A DNA stretch of 64,000 bases from the NCBI GenBank assembly GCA_963803805.1, contig CAWDOD010000004.1, positions 224,001-288,000 on the forward strand. Reading direction: 5' to 3'. Below the pieces are notes generated by a model. The model saw nothing but the letters and a program-made list of their open reading frames with translations. It ran no database searches and was not told the DNA's origin. A program made the position numbers and the translations under genes. This DNA is from an uncultured cyanobacterium. Its GTDB lineage: Bacteria; Cyanobacteriota; Cyanobacteriia; Cyanobacteriales; CAWCAG01. Shown here in pieces: positions 51,465-61,601 of this stretch. Within the stretch, counting starts at the first letter, position 1. Each line of letters begins with the position of its first letter.

Positions 51465-53327
51465 ATGAACGAAACTTTTAGTCAGACCATCTGGCTAGTA
51501 CCTTTATACGCCTTGGTTGGGGCAGTACTAGCAATTCCCTGGTCGCCTGGTATTATTCGTAAAACGGGGCCAAGACCATCAGGTTATTTCAATAGTTTAA
51601 TGACTTTGATAGCTTGTGTTCACACTTTGTTAGCCCTTTTAGAAACGTGGCATCAACCCGTTGAGTACCTCTCCTTTCGGTGGCTTCATGCTGCGGATTT
51701 GAATATATCTTTTGATATCGAAATTTCCTCCATCACTTTGGGGGCTTTACTTTTAGTCACTGGTTTGAATTTGGTTGCCCAAATTTACGCCATTGGTTAT
51801 ATGGAGATGGATTGGGGTTGGGCCCGCTTTTATTCCTTACTAGCTTTATTTGAAGCTGGGATATCTACATTGGTTTTGTGCAATTCCCTTTTCTTTAGCT
51901 ATGTGGTTTTAGAAATTCTTACTTTAGGGACTTATCTGTTAATTGGTTTGTGGTTTAACCAATCTTTAGTGGTTACTGGGGCAAGGGATGCTTTTTTAAC
52001 CAAACGGGTAGGTGATTTAATTCTGTTGATGGGGGTGGTGGCTTTATTACCTTTGGCCGGGACTTGGAATTATACCGAATTAGGGGAGTGGGCAAAAACT
52101 ACTACCATTGACCCCAATGTCGCAACTCTGCTTTGTTTGGCCTTAATTGCTGGACCTTTAGGTAAATGCGCTCAATTTCCTTTGCATCTTTGGTTAGATG
52201 AGGCCATGGAAGGGCCGATGCCTGCTACAATTTTACGTAATACCATTGTCGTTTCTACGGGTGCTTGGGTTTTAATTAAGCTGCAACCAGTGCTGGCTTT
52301 GTCTCCTGTCGCTTTAACAGTTATGGTTGCCATTGGTGCAGTAACGGCGATTGGTGCATCTTTAATTGCGATCGCACAAATAGATATTAAACGTTCTCTT
52401 TCCTATTCTGTTAGTGCTTACATGGGTTTGGTATTTATTGCCGTGGGTACACAACAGGATGCAACGGCTTTGAGATTGCTCTTCACCTACGGAATCGCCA
52501 TGTCATTGTTGGTAATGAGTATTGGTGGGGTAGTTTTGAATACTATTACCCAAGATTTAACCCAATACGGTGGTTTATGGTCACGTCGTCCCATATCCGG
52601 GGCTTGTTTCCTCGTTGGGGCTGCCTCTATGGTAGCTTTTCCTCCTTTAGGCTGTTTCTGGACATTAACGGAAATGGCAGATAATCTCTGGAATATCCAC
52701 CCTTTGCTGTTAGGAATCTTGATTGTTGTCAATGGCTTAACTGCATTTAGTCTCACCCGCGAATTTAGCCTCATTTTCGGCGGCAAACCGAAACCAATGA
52801 CAGTTCGTTCTCCCGAAGGCTTATGGGCCTTGGTTTTACCTATGATGTTCGGTATGGGATTTGCTTTACACGTACCTCTTTTGCTGGAAAAATGGAATTT
52901 ATTACCAGAATGGGAAAATCTTAACTTAACTGCTGCAACTCCTTTAATTATCTCAACTTTAGTGGGTGCGGGGGCATCAGCTTTTATTTACCTCAATAAC
53001 AATATTCCTAAACCTATTGTCTTAAAACCAAAAGCAATACAAGACTTTTTCACTTACGACTTATATACTGCCCAAACTTATCGCGTCACCATTGTTTTTG
53101 TGGTGGGTTTAGTTTCTCAAATTGTCTATTGGTTTGATTGTTACTTAGTTGATGGGATAATTAACTTAGTTGGTTTAGTAACTGTTTTTAGTGGTGAAAG
53201 TTTAAAATACAATGTTTCTGGACAGGCACAGTTTTATTTTCTGTCAATTTTGTTAGGGGTGTTTTTACTAGTTGGCGTCATTTGTTGGCCTTTCCTCTCT
53301 CAAATATCCTTGGTTATTTCACCCTAA
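51465..53327 (+). CDS. ndhF3: NDH-1(3) CO2-uptake subunit F3
   Basis: GPRPSGY, MEMDWGWARF, WLDEAMEGP; directly upstream of ndhD3-cupA. Confidence 0.9.
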   Translation: MNETFSQTIWLVPLYALVGAVLAIPWSPGIIRKTGPRPSGYFNSLMTLIACVHTLLALLETWHQPVEYLSFRWLHAADLNISFDIEISSITLGALLLVTGLNLVAQIYAIGYMEMDWGWARFYSLLALFEAGISTLVLCNSLFFSYVVLEILTLGTYLLIGLWFNQSLVVTGARDAFLTKRVGDLILLMGVVALLPLAGTWNYTELGEWAKTTTIDPNVATLLCLALIAGPLGKCAQFPLHLWLDEAMEGPMPATILRNTIVVSTGAWVLIKLQPVLALSPVALTVMVAIGAVTAIGASLIAIAQIDIKRSLSYSVSAYMGLVFIAVGTQQDATALRLLFTYGIAMSLLVMSIGGVVLNTITQDLTQYGGLWSRRPISGACFLVGAASMVAFPPLGCFWTLTEMADNLWNIHPLLLGILIVVNGLTAFSLTREFSLIFGGKPKPMTVRSPEGLWALVLPMMFGMGFALHVPLLLEKWNLLPEWENLNLTAATPLIISTLVGAGASAFIYLNNNIPKPIVLKPKAIQDFFTYDLYTAQTYRVTIVFVVGLVSQIVYWFDCYLVDGIINLVGLVTVFSGESLKYNVSGQAQFYFLSILLGVFLLVGVICWPFLSQISLVISP

Positions 53328-53382
53328 CCAACCTTCTAACTTAAATGCTGTTGTGAATTTTTAACTTGATAAATATTAATTA

Positions 53383-54882
53383 ATGATGCTTAGTTTCCTG
53401 CTTTTTCTTCCTGTAATGGGAGCAATTATTATCGGTTTCTTCCCAGGAAAAATAGAATCTGGTCGCTTACGGCAAATCACAGCGTTTTTTGCTGTAATTG
53501 CTTTTGCTTGGTCAATCTGGCTATTAACTCAGTTCGATTTAGGCAATGCTACCTGGCAATTTTCCGAATATTTACCTTGGGCAAAACCCATTGGCTTAAG
53601 TTATAGTTTGGCAGTTGATGGCTTATCTTTGCCTCTGTTGGTTTTAAATAGCTTACTCACCATTATTGCTATTTATAGTATTGGCGAAAATGTTGAACGT
53701 CCTCGCCTTTATTACTCTTTAATTCTCTTAATTAGTGCTGGCATAACCGGGGCATTAACTGCTCAAAATTTATTATTGTTTATCATTTTCTATGAGCTAG
53801 AATTAATCCCTTTCTATTTAATGATTGCCATTTGGGGAGGAGAAAAAAGAGGCTATGCGGCCATTAAATTCCTACTTTATACCGCCGTATCAGGGTTATT
53901 AGTTTTAGTAGCCTTTTTAGGTATTGCTTTCCTCAATGGTACAGCCAGTTTTGATTACGATACGATCACAACTCAAGGACTATCTTTAAATACCCAACTC
54001 ATTTTACTAACAATCCTCCTAGTGGGTTTTGGTATCAAAATTCCTCTAGTTCCCTTGCATACCTGGCTGCCTGATGCTTATACAGAAGCTTCCCCGGCTG
54101 TTACCATCCTTTTAGGAGGTGTATTAGCTAAACTAGGAACCTATGGTTTAATTCGCTACGGTTTGCAGCTATTTCCTGAAGCTTGGGCAGTTGTCGCTCC
54201 CGGCTTAGCAGTTATTGGTACAATCAGCGTACTTTATGGGGCATTGAGTGCGATCGCCCAAAAAGATATTAAACGCATGGTAGCCTATAGTTCCATCGGT
54301 CACATGGGTTATATACTAGTAGCTGTAGCTGCTGGTACAAAATTGAGCATCCTGGGTGCAGTAGCACAGATGATTAGTCATGGTTTAATCCTGGCTTTAC
54401 TTTTCCACTTAGTTGGTATTGTAGAACGCAAAGTTGGTACTCGTGACTTAGATGTCCTCAATGGTTTAATGAACCCCATTCGTGGTTTACCCCTCACCAG
54501 CGCCTTACTAATCACCGCAGGTATGGCAAGTGCTGGTATTCCTGGTTTAGTAGGGTTTGTTGCTGAATTTATTGTTTTTCAGGGTAGTTTTGCCACCTTC
54601 CCCATTCCCACCTTACTTTGTATCATCGCCTCTGGTTTAACCGCAGTTTATTTTGTAATTCTGCTTAATCGCACCTGTTTTGGCAAACTAGATAATCAAA
54701 GGGCGTATTATCCCACAGTCTTACCTTCAGAAACCATTCCTGCTTTTGTTTTAACTTTAATCATTCTCTTTCTCGGCATTCAACCTAATTGGTTACTACG
54801 TTGGATTGAACCCACCACAGATTTATTAGCAGTGGATGCCAATAAACCTGCTTTGGTTGCACAAGTTGACTATTCCCTTTAG
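53383..54882 (+). CDS. ndhD3: NDH-1(3) subunit D3
   Basis: NuoM-like; PLHTWLPDAY, LNGLMNPIRGLP, LNRTCFGKLD. Confidence 0.9.
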   Translation: MMLSFLLFLPVMGAIIIGFFPGKIESGRLRQITAFFAVIAFAWSIWLLTQFDLGNATWQFSEYLPWAKPIGLSYSLAVDGLSLPLLVLNSLLTIIAIYSIGENVERPRLYYSLILLISAGITGALTAQNLLLFIIFYELELIPFYLMIAIWGGEKRGYAAIKFLLYTAVSGLLVLVAFLGIAFLNGTASFDYDTITTQGLSLNTQLILLTILLVGFGIKIPLVPLHTWLPDAYTEASPAVTILLGGVLAKLGTYGLIRYGLQLFPEAWAVVAPGLAVIGTISVLYGALSAIAQKDIKRMVAYSSIGHMGYILVAVAAGTKLSILGAVAQMISHGLILALLFHLVGIVERKVGTRDLDVLNGLMNPIRGLPLTSALLITAGMASAGIPGLVGFVAEFIVFQGSFATFPIPTLLCIIASGLTAVYFVILLNRTCFGKLDNQRAYYPTVLPSETIPAFVLTLIILFLGIQPNWLLRWIEPTTDLLAVDANKPALVAQVDYSL

Positions 54883-54946
54883 ATAAAAGGTAAGTTTTCC
54901 AACCAGCAACCAGCAATTAGCGATTAGCAATTAGCAATTTAAAAAA

Positions 54947-56248
54947 ATGACTCAAACACCAATTAAAAACAAAGCAAAAATTCGCCCCTCTAACCATCAA
55001 TTTGCCGATGTGATTCATCGCCTGGAAGCTGGTGGATCGATGCTACCCGATACACCGGAAAACTTGATGCAAATTATCGGTATTTACAAAGCCTATGCTG
55101 TACCGATGGACTTTTATTGGCGAGACTTACTTTACATCGCCGAAAGAGTATTTCTCAAACCTCTGCCTTTTTTTAAATACTTCCTACCCCAAGAATATTT
55201 AGACTTGCATAATCACTATGCTGGTGAGGATGCCGATTTGAGAGTTTGGCGAGGAGAAGCAACCGCCCATCCTGAATTACTAGAATTCATGGAGAAGGGG
55301 GAAACTATGAAAATGCCTAAACTATTCCACCATCTTTGGCATGATCGCATCAATATGGAATTTGCCGAAGCTTGTATGCGGGCGATGTTGTGGCATGGTA
55401 GGGATATGGGTTTGGGTAGGTTTGATGCTTACCTTGATACCGATGAATATAAAGCCAATGCAGACAAAGCCATCAAAGCCTACTTTAAAAAGAATCCTGC
55501 CATGTTGGGGCTATACAAACTTTTCCCCGATATGTTCCTCGAACAAGTAAAACAGTTATCCTACTACTCTAACCTGGGTTTATTCTGGGAGGTTATGGCT
55601 CCAGTCTTTTTTGAAATGTCAGATATTTACGATGAAGGAGGATTTAAAGGTGTTCCCGATGCGATGAACTTTTTGGTTAATGGTATTTTCGCTGTTGCCG
55701 GCAGACCAATTTACCACCATGCTTATATTGATGGGGAATGCTATGAAATCATCCCGAAATCAAAAGGCTTTATGTGGTTATACGAAGCTGCTTTACCCTA
55801 CGTCGAAGCTGTCTTTTATCGTACCTCCCCTTTCCGTGGTACAAAATCCTATAATGCCCAAGCAAAACAAGTTCCTGAACAACAAAAAGATTTCCATTAC
55901 GGCATTTTATACGCTGATGTTTTTCCTGTGGGTACAGCAGGAATTCCCCCAACATTATTAATGGATGATATGTATCATTTTCTCCCTGATTATCTTCAGC
56001 AATACTATCAAAAACATTGTCGAGGGGAAGAAGATATTTTAATTCAATTAGGAGTTACTTTTCAACGTTCAATGTATAACGTAACTTCGGCTGTAATTCA
56101 AGCATTGCGTCAAGCTTTGTTATATCCTTTGGATGATGAAAATCCTCAACACCTATTAAAAAATCGCGCCTTTTTTGAATCGCAAATGGATCGTTTTTTA
56201 CGTCCGGAAGCCCGTTTAAATGATATTCAATCTCAAGATTATCGTTAG
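54947..56248 (+). CDS. cupA: CO2 hydration protein CupA (ChpY)
   Basis: LEAGGSMLPDTPENL, HHLWHDRINMEFAE, GTAGIPPTLLM; 433 aa fits CupA length. Confidence 0.92.
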   Translation: MTQTPIKNKAKIRPSNHQFADVIHRLEAGGSMLPDTPENLMQIIGIYKAYAVPMDFYWRDLLYIAERVFLKPLPFFKYFLPQEYLDLHNHYAGEDADLRVWRGEATAHPELLEFMEKGETMKMPKLFHHLWHDRINMEFAEACMRAMLWHGRDMGLGRFDAYLDTDEYKANADKAIKAYFKKNPAMLGLYKLFPDMFLEQVKQLSYYSNLGLFWEVMAPVFFEMSDIYDEGGFKGVPDAMNFLVNGIFAVAGRPIYHHAYIDGECYEIIPKSKGFMWLYEAALPYVEAVFYRTSPFRGTKSYNAQAKQVPEQQKDFHYGILYADVFPVGTAGIPPTLLMDDMYHFLPDYLQQYYQKHCRGEEDILIQLGVTFQRSMYNVTSAVIQALRQALLYPLDDENPQHLLKNRAFFESQMDRFLRPEARLNDIQSQDYR

Positions 56249-56422
56249 CACTATTAGGGAGCATCTATAAACTATTAAAAAGAGTTTTTAGAGATTGGTT
56301 TTATAACTGCGATACCTACACTTTGAGTTTATCATTACTAATTTCTTTATCTACGTGCTAAGTTAGCCTTAACCGCTTATATCCTGGTATTGCGATCTAT
56401 TAAGAATGAGGAAAGATTTCTT

Positions 56423-56479
56423 GTAGGTTGGGTTAGCGATAAGCGTAACCCAACAAAACTTAGCTTTGTGTTGGGTTAC
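56423..56479. repeat. Truncated REP-like palindromic repeat
   Basis: gtaggttgggtta...taacccaac...gttgggttac. Confidence 0.65.
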
Positions 56480-56633
56480 TAAGTTTTAAGTTTCATAACA
56501 GAAGATGAATCTGGCAGTCCCTATTTTTTAGAAACTTTAGATATTGTTCTTGGCATCATCACTGATGAGAGTACTTTTTTGACATTTTATTACGACAGTA
56601 GAAGATTTGAACTCTATTGATTTTAGGTTGTTA

Positions 56634-57035
56634 TTAGCCCATTAAGATAACATTATCAATAACATGAATTACGCCATTATCCGCTTCAATATCGGCAGCA
56701 ATTACTGTCGCATTTTTAACTTCAAAATTATCAGAGCAATTAAGAGAAATTGGTGCGCCTTCTAAAGATGTAACTGAGTCAAGTTTTGCTAAATCAGCTT
56801 TCATTAACTTACCGGAAACTACATGATAGGTAAGAATTCTGGCTAATTGAGGGATGTTTTGTACTAAAGTTTGAATTGTTCCGGGGGGTAGTTTAGCAAA
56901 AGCATCATCAGTCGGGGCAAAGACAGTAAATGGGCCAGGGCTTTTTAAAGCATCAACTAAGTCAGCCGCTTTAACCGCAGTTACTAAGGTACTAAAACCT
57001 TCTGTATTTACAGCAATGTCAACAATATCAGCCAT
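56634..57035 (-). CDS. cupS: Fasciclin-domain protein CupS, convergent with cupA
   Basis: 133 aa, no signal peptide; [55 protein letters not shown]. Confidence 0.82.
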   Translation of the reverse strand: MADIVDIAVNTEGFSTLVTAVKAADLVDALKSPGPFTVFAPTDDAFAKLPPGTIQTLVQNIPQLARILTYHVVSGKLMKADLAKLDSVTSLEGAPISLNCSDNFEVKNATVIAADIEADNGVIHVIDNVILMG

Positions 57036-57114
57036 ATTTTTTAAACTGTAATTTATTTATTTCATTATTATTAAATAATAGCATTAACTGCACTAGAGAA
57101 ATTAGCAAAAAGGC

Positions 57115-57197
57115 GTTGCTGAATGGAAATCTAAATTGCTTTTGTTGACTATAATTAATGCCCCCTAAATCCCCCAAATTTCTATCCATTAAGCAAC
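57115..57197. mobile_element. Short MITE-like element
   Basis: 13-bp terminal inverted repeat gttgctgaatgga / tccattaagcaac (1 mismatch) enclosing ccccctaaatccccc. Confidence 0.5.
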
Positions 57198-57340
57198 AAG
57201 TAGGAAGTAGGTGAAAAGCAGGTCTAGACTAGGATGTAGAGGCAAGGCGCGCCCCTTCGAGTAAATGATATAATCTTGACAAATGTGGGAAAATATATCT
57301 TAGGGTGGGAAAATTTATGCAAACCTTACCCTCAAGATGG

Positions 57341-57575
57341 ATGACATTGGAATTTTTAGCCGCAGAAAAAATCGCTGAAGTTGCCTTTGGTGTAGCAGTT
57401 GAGTTGGGAGTCGCTAAACTGGCAGAAAGTGCGATCGCCACTGTAAAAACTTTACGGGAAAAGATTAAAGGGAAGTTCGAGGGAAACCCGGAGGCAGAAA
57501 GTGCGAATCGCCACTGTAGAAAATTCTGCCAATGTGGAGGTGATTGTGCCTTATTTAAACGGAGCCATCCCTTGA
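57341..57575 (+). pseudogene. Frameshifted/truncated small helical hypothetical protein
   Basis: Internal 25-bp duplication; second copy has an extra A in its HIP1 site (gcgaatcgc); repaired frame reads ...AESAIATVENSANVEVIVPYLNGAIP*. Confidence 0.5.
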
Positions 57576-57794
57576 GACACTAACCAATTGACTTTGCTGG
57601 TGCTTGTTTAATTTCATAATTTTCACCTGCATTTTTCTCAACTTTTGAGTTGAATTTTTTTGATGCTTTTTTGGCGATCGCCTTATTCTATCAAAATTAT
57701 TTGACATCCAAGACAATCGCTACGTTTTACCTATAAGTTTTAGCAAATATGAAACAATAGAATTAGATAGCCTTGCTCTACCAAACTTGTCTTT

Positions 57795-59552
57795 ATGCTC
57801 AAAAAAACCTTTCCTTATATCAGCTTACAACGTACTTTGCCATTACTTTTAATTTGGGTTGCTGTTGGTACGGTATTGAGACTTGCTAACTTAACAGGAA
57901 AACCCCCTTGGACTGATGAATTTGCTACCTTAGTCTTTAGCTTAGGTAATAGTTATCAAAACCTTCCCCTCGACCAAATAATTCCTGCCGCCACTCTTTT
58001 AGAGCCTTTAAAAATAGTTCCTAATGCTGGATTTGTTGATGTCTTCACTAACTTAATCACCGAAGATAATCACCCACCAATTTATTTTCTTCTCGCCCAC
58101 CTTTGGCAGAATATCTTACCACAGACGGGAGAATATGTCTCTCTTTGGGTAGCGCGATCGCTCCCTGCTTTTTTAGGGGTTTTATCTATTCCTGCTATTT
58201 ATTTTTTAAGTATAATCAGTTTTCGTTCTCGCTTAGTTGCTCATTTCGCTGCTGCAATGATGGCTCTGTCTCCTTATAGTATTTTTTTGTCCCAAGAAGC
58301 GAGGCATTATACTTTAGCAATTCTTTTGGTTATTGCTAGTTTAACTTGTTTAATTGCGGCGCTACAAAAGCTAACTAGAGGTCAAAAGTTACCTTGGTGG
58401 TTGGTAATTGTTTGGCTGATTATTAATAGCTTAGGTTTCACTACCCATTACTTTTTTAGCTTAACCTTATGCACCCAAGCAATTTCTCTCCTAACTTTAT
58501 TCTGGCCAAATATAAAACAAATAATTCTCCCAGCTTACCCGTCTCCCCGTCTCCCCACTTCCCTATGGCGTTTAGGAATAGTCGCAGCAGGTACAATAAT
58601 AACCAGCCTAACTTGGGTTTTAGTTTTTATTCCTCAAGACTATGGCAACAATATGGTAGCTTGGATTCAAAATGACGAGTTTTCTTTCTTAAGCTTAATT
58701 AATCCGCCTTTCCAACTATTTGCTACTTGGTTAACTATGGTTTATTTATTGCCAGTAGAAGCTACTTCTTTGGTAGTAGTAATTGCTTCTGGTTTAATAA
58801 TGTTATTGCTATTTTTATTTGCCTTACCTCTATTAATTCAGGGACTAAAATCAAAACCCAAAAGTCTCAACATTCAGATTGGTAAAAGAATTTTAGACAG
58901 CTTTGTTATCGCCGCGATCGCCATCTTTTTATTCATCTCTTACTTTTTGGGAATTGATATTACCAGAGGAGCGCGTTATAGCTTTGTTTATTTCCCGGCT
59001 GTGATTGTTTTGTTTGCTGCCAGTTTATCCCAGTGGTGGAAGACAAAAAAACTAATTCCTCAACCTTATGGTAGCTTTTTACTAAAGAAGTTTGGTATTG
59101 AAAATCTCAGAATGAGAGGTGAAAATGCTATTAAAATTATCTTCATAGCCAGCTTATTAAGCGCCGTAACTGTTATCACTAATTTAGGTTATCAAAAATA
59201 CTATCGCCCCGACTTATTCGTCTCTCTATTAAAAGAAACTTCTAACCTACCAATATTAATAGCCACTACCCACGCTTCCTTAGTGCAAACCGGAGAAATG
59301 ATGGGCATTGCTTGGGAATTACAACAAGAACCCTTTTCCCAACCTGTAAGCTTTTTACTTGCTCATCAAGAAGAAAGAGAATCTCCTTTAGCTACCAAAA
59401 CATTACAACAAGAAATGCAAAAAATGCCTCGCCCTTTTGACCTCTGGGCTGTTAATTTCTATGCACCTAAAAATCTAGACAATTGCGTTAAAGATGAGAG
59501 CAAATTTCTTCATATAGATGGTTATGGATACGAAGTTTATCATTGTAAGTAA
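57795..59552 (+). CDS. Glycosyltransferase family 39/ArnT-like membrane protein
   Basis: KPPWTDE, HPPIYF, SQEARHY, THYF; many TM helices. Confidence 0.8.
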   Translation: MLKKTFPYISLQRTLPLLLIWVAVGTVLRLANLTGKPPWTDEFATLVFSLGNSYQNLPLDQIIPAATLLEPLKIVPNAGFVDVFTNLITEDNHPPIYFLLAHLWQNILPQTGEYVSLWVARSLPAFLGVLSIPAIYFLSIISFRSRLVAHFAAAMMALSPYSIFLSQEARHYTLAILLVIASLTCLIAALQKLTRGQKLPWWLVIVWLIINSLGFTTHYFFSLTLCTQAISLLTLFWPNIKQIILPAYPSPRLPTSLWRLGIVAAGTIITSLTWVLVFIPQDYGNNMVAWIQNDEFSFLSLINPPFQLFATWLTMVYLLPVEATSLVVVIASGLIMLLLFLFALPLLIQGLKSKPKSLNIQIGKRILDSFVIAAIAIFLFISYFLGIDITRGARYSFVYFPAVIVLFAASLSQWWKTKKLIPQPYGSFLLKKFGIENLRMRGENAIKIIFIASLLSAVTVITNLGYQKYYRPDLFVSLLKETSNLPILIATTHASLVQTGEMMGIAWELQQEPFSQPVSFLLAHQEERESPLATKTLQQEMQKMPRPFDLWAVNFYAPKNLDNCVKDESKFLHIDGYGYEVYHCK

Positions 59553-59705
59553 TAGCAATCCCTAGTAAGCGTGAGGTACAGCCTAGATTCTGGTTTTTGC
59601 TAATAGCTAGTGGCTAGTGGCTAGTAGAAGCTTGGAAATATGGAAATAGCTCAGCAATAGGGAAGAGTTAGAATAAAATAGAGACAGAGCAATTCCAGAT
59701 GATAG

Positions 59706-60299
59706 ATGATAAATGTCATGCAATCTCCCTTAACTTTCCTTACCATTAAAGACTACCTAGAAACAGAAAAACATAGTAAAATTCGCCACGAATATGTAGA
59801 TGGGCGAATCTTTGCTATGGCGGGTGCTAGTGAAGAACATAACTTAATTGTTACTAACATGATCGCTTTGTTGCGCCCTCATCTACGCGGAATATCATGC
59901 CGTACCTTTGCCTCAGATATGAAAGTTAAAGTCTCGGTACAAAAAGCCGATATATTTTATTATCCTGATCTTTTAGTTACCTGTGATTCAAATGATAATG
60001 AAAGATACTATAAAACCAGTCCTAACTTAATTGTAGAAGTCCTATCTAATTCTACGGAAGCTACAGACAAAAGAGAGAAACGCCTCAATTATCAAAGCAT
60101 AGAAAGTTTACAAGAATATGTTTTAATCTCTCAAGAGGAGATTAGAGTAGAAGTTTATCGCCGTAACAATCAAAGTAATTGGTCAGTAGAAACGTTAGGC
60201 AAAAATGATAAATTGCAACTAAATTCAGTAGGATTAACTTTAACAATGGCAGAAATTTATGAAGACGTAAACCCAGAAAAAACAGCCACAAAATCCTAA
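59706..60299 (+). CDS. Uma2 family (PD-(D/E)XK) endonuclease-like protein
   Basis: RHEYVDGRIFAMAGAS, YYPD, IVEVLS.ST, LQEYVLISQ. Confidence 0.92.
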   Translation: MINVMQSPLTFLTIKDYLETEKHSKIRHEYVDGRIFAMAGASEEHNLIVTNMIALLRPHLRGISCRTFASDMKVKVSVQKADIFYYPDLLVTCDSNDNERYYKTSPNLIVEVLSNSTEATDKREKRLNYQSIESLQEYVLISQEEIRVEVYRRNNQSNWSVETLGKNDKLQLNSVGLTLTMAEIYEDVNPEKTATKS

Positions 60300-60317
60300 C
60301 TTATTACTTATTACTTA

Positions 60318-61601
60318 TTACTTAAAATCAACCACCCCATCATTATCAATTCCCGTCACGCGACCATCAGGAAATAAACCTAACCAAGGATCTGAGCTAG
60401 GAGTTAGGAAAAGTTGGCTATAAACCCTTTCATTTAAACTGGTTAAATTATTGGTAGAGAGGTCATTAAGCAGCCAGTTATAAACTTGAGTTCGCAACAT
60501 ATACTCATTACGGACAGTATCTAAAGCCATCAATTCTTCAAACTTTTGTGTAGCAGTCGCAACATCAACAGTGGCGCTTTTTCTTTGAATTAACTTAATA
60601 CTATTTTCATCTAACTTTGCTTCCTGGCTATACAATTGAGCAATTTTTTGCCAGGTTGACTCATCGGTAATCTCGGCTAAATTTTGATTATTAAATAAAA
60701 TGCTTAAACTAGGAGTTTCTATGAGCATTTTTGTCATTGCTATAGGGGCAGCATCTATTGCATCAGGATTTTCTGTATACTCAGGAATCTCTCTTAAAGG
60801 GGGAGTTTTTATCCCTAAAGAAGTCAGATCATTTGACCATTGGTTTTGCAAAACAACTAGGCGATCGCGCCAATATTGTTGTAAAAATATTTGTTGTTGA
60901 GAACTAGCTTGCTGGTTATATTCTTGAGAAGTTTGTTCTGCTTGTTGCAATTGTTTCAAGAAAGCTTGAGGCCCATATAATCCTGGCAAAGCATCAAGAG
61001 GTTGTCCTTGAGCATTTAAAATGTAGTGAATGCTATTACCAGTTAAAGTACTTTTAAGCTGACGACCATCACCAAAATTAACTGTTACTGTAGGAACAGG
61101 GCGTACAGATTCCCAATGTAAAATATAGCTATCCCGCAGGAATTGAGCTATATTTTTGTTTGCATATAAAGCAAGGCGAAAAAAGCGACTGTTGGCACAA
61201 CTTAAATCTTCATCTAAGTTCCCCAATAAACGCAGAGAAAGGATTGGTTTGCCAGAACTTTGGGCAGCAACTTGAGCTAATTCCAGGTCAGTGTACCAGT
61301 ATAATTGAGAAGAATAACAGTCTCTTTGTTGACAGATTTCATCTAAAGCTTTGTGTAAGTATGGAGATTGAAAACTAGCTAATTCCTCTCCATGAAGTTC
61401 GATAAATTCCTCAATACCTGCCTGTCCTTTATGCCGTAAATTAGCAATTTCTTGGTCAGAAATAATAGATTCTGAAAATATAGCAGAGTGAACTTTTTCC
61501 TCGACAGAATTTTGTGCTTTAATGGTACTATTCCAGCCTAAACTAGCTGTACATAATAAGGTCGTTGAAAGTAAAATTCTAAGTCTCACTGTCTTCTCCA
61601 T
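60318..61601 (-). CDS. Exported hypothetical protein with a thioredoxin-like segment
   Basis: Signal peptide; LYWYTDLELAQVAAQSSGKPILSLRLLGNLDEDLSCANSR. Confidence 0.7.
   Translation of the reverse strand: MEKTVRLRILLSTTLLCTASLGWNSTIKAQNSVEEKVHSAIFSESIISDQEIANLRHKGQAGIEEFIELHGEELASFQSPYLHKALDEICQQRDCYSSQLYWYTDLELAQVAAQSSGKPILSLRLLGNLDEDLSCANSRFFRLALYANKNIAQFLRDSYILHWESVRPVPTVTVNFGDGRQLKSTLTGNSIHYILNAQGQPLDALPGLYGPQAFLKQLQQAEQTSQEYNQQASSQQQIFLQQYWRDRLVVLQNQWSNDLTSLGIKTPPLREIPEYTENPDAIDAAPIAMTKMLIETPSLSILFNNQNLAEITDESTWQKIAQLYSQEAKLDENSIKLIQRKSATVDVATATQKFEELMALDTVRNEYMLRTQVYNWLLNDLSTNNLTSLNERVYSQLFLTPSSDPWLGLFPDGRVTGIDNDGVVDFK

Noticed and set aside
59706..60299. Uma2 nuclease as part of a defence system
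   Set aside because: Solitary member of a highly expanded cyanobacterial family with no partner genes
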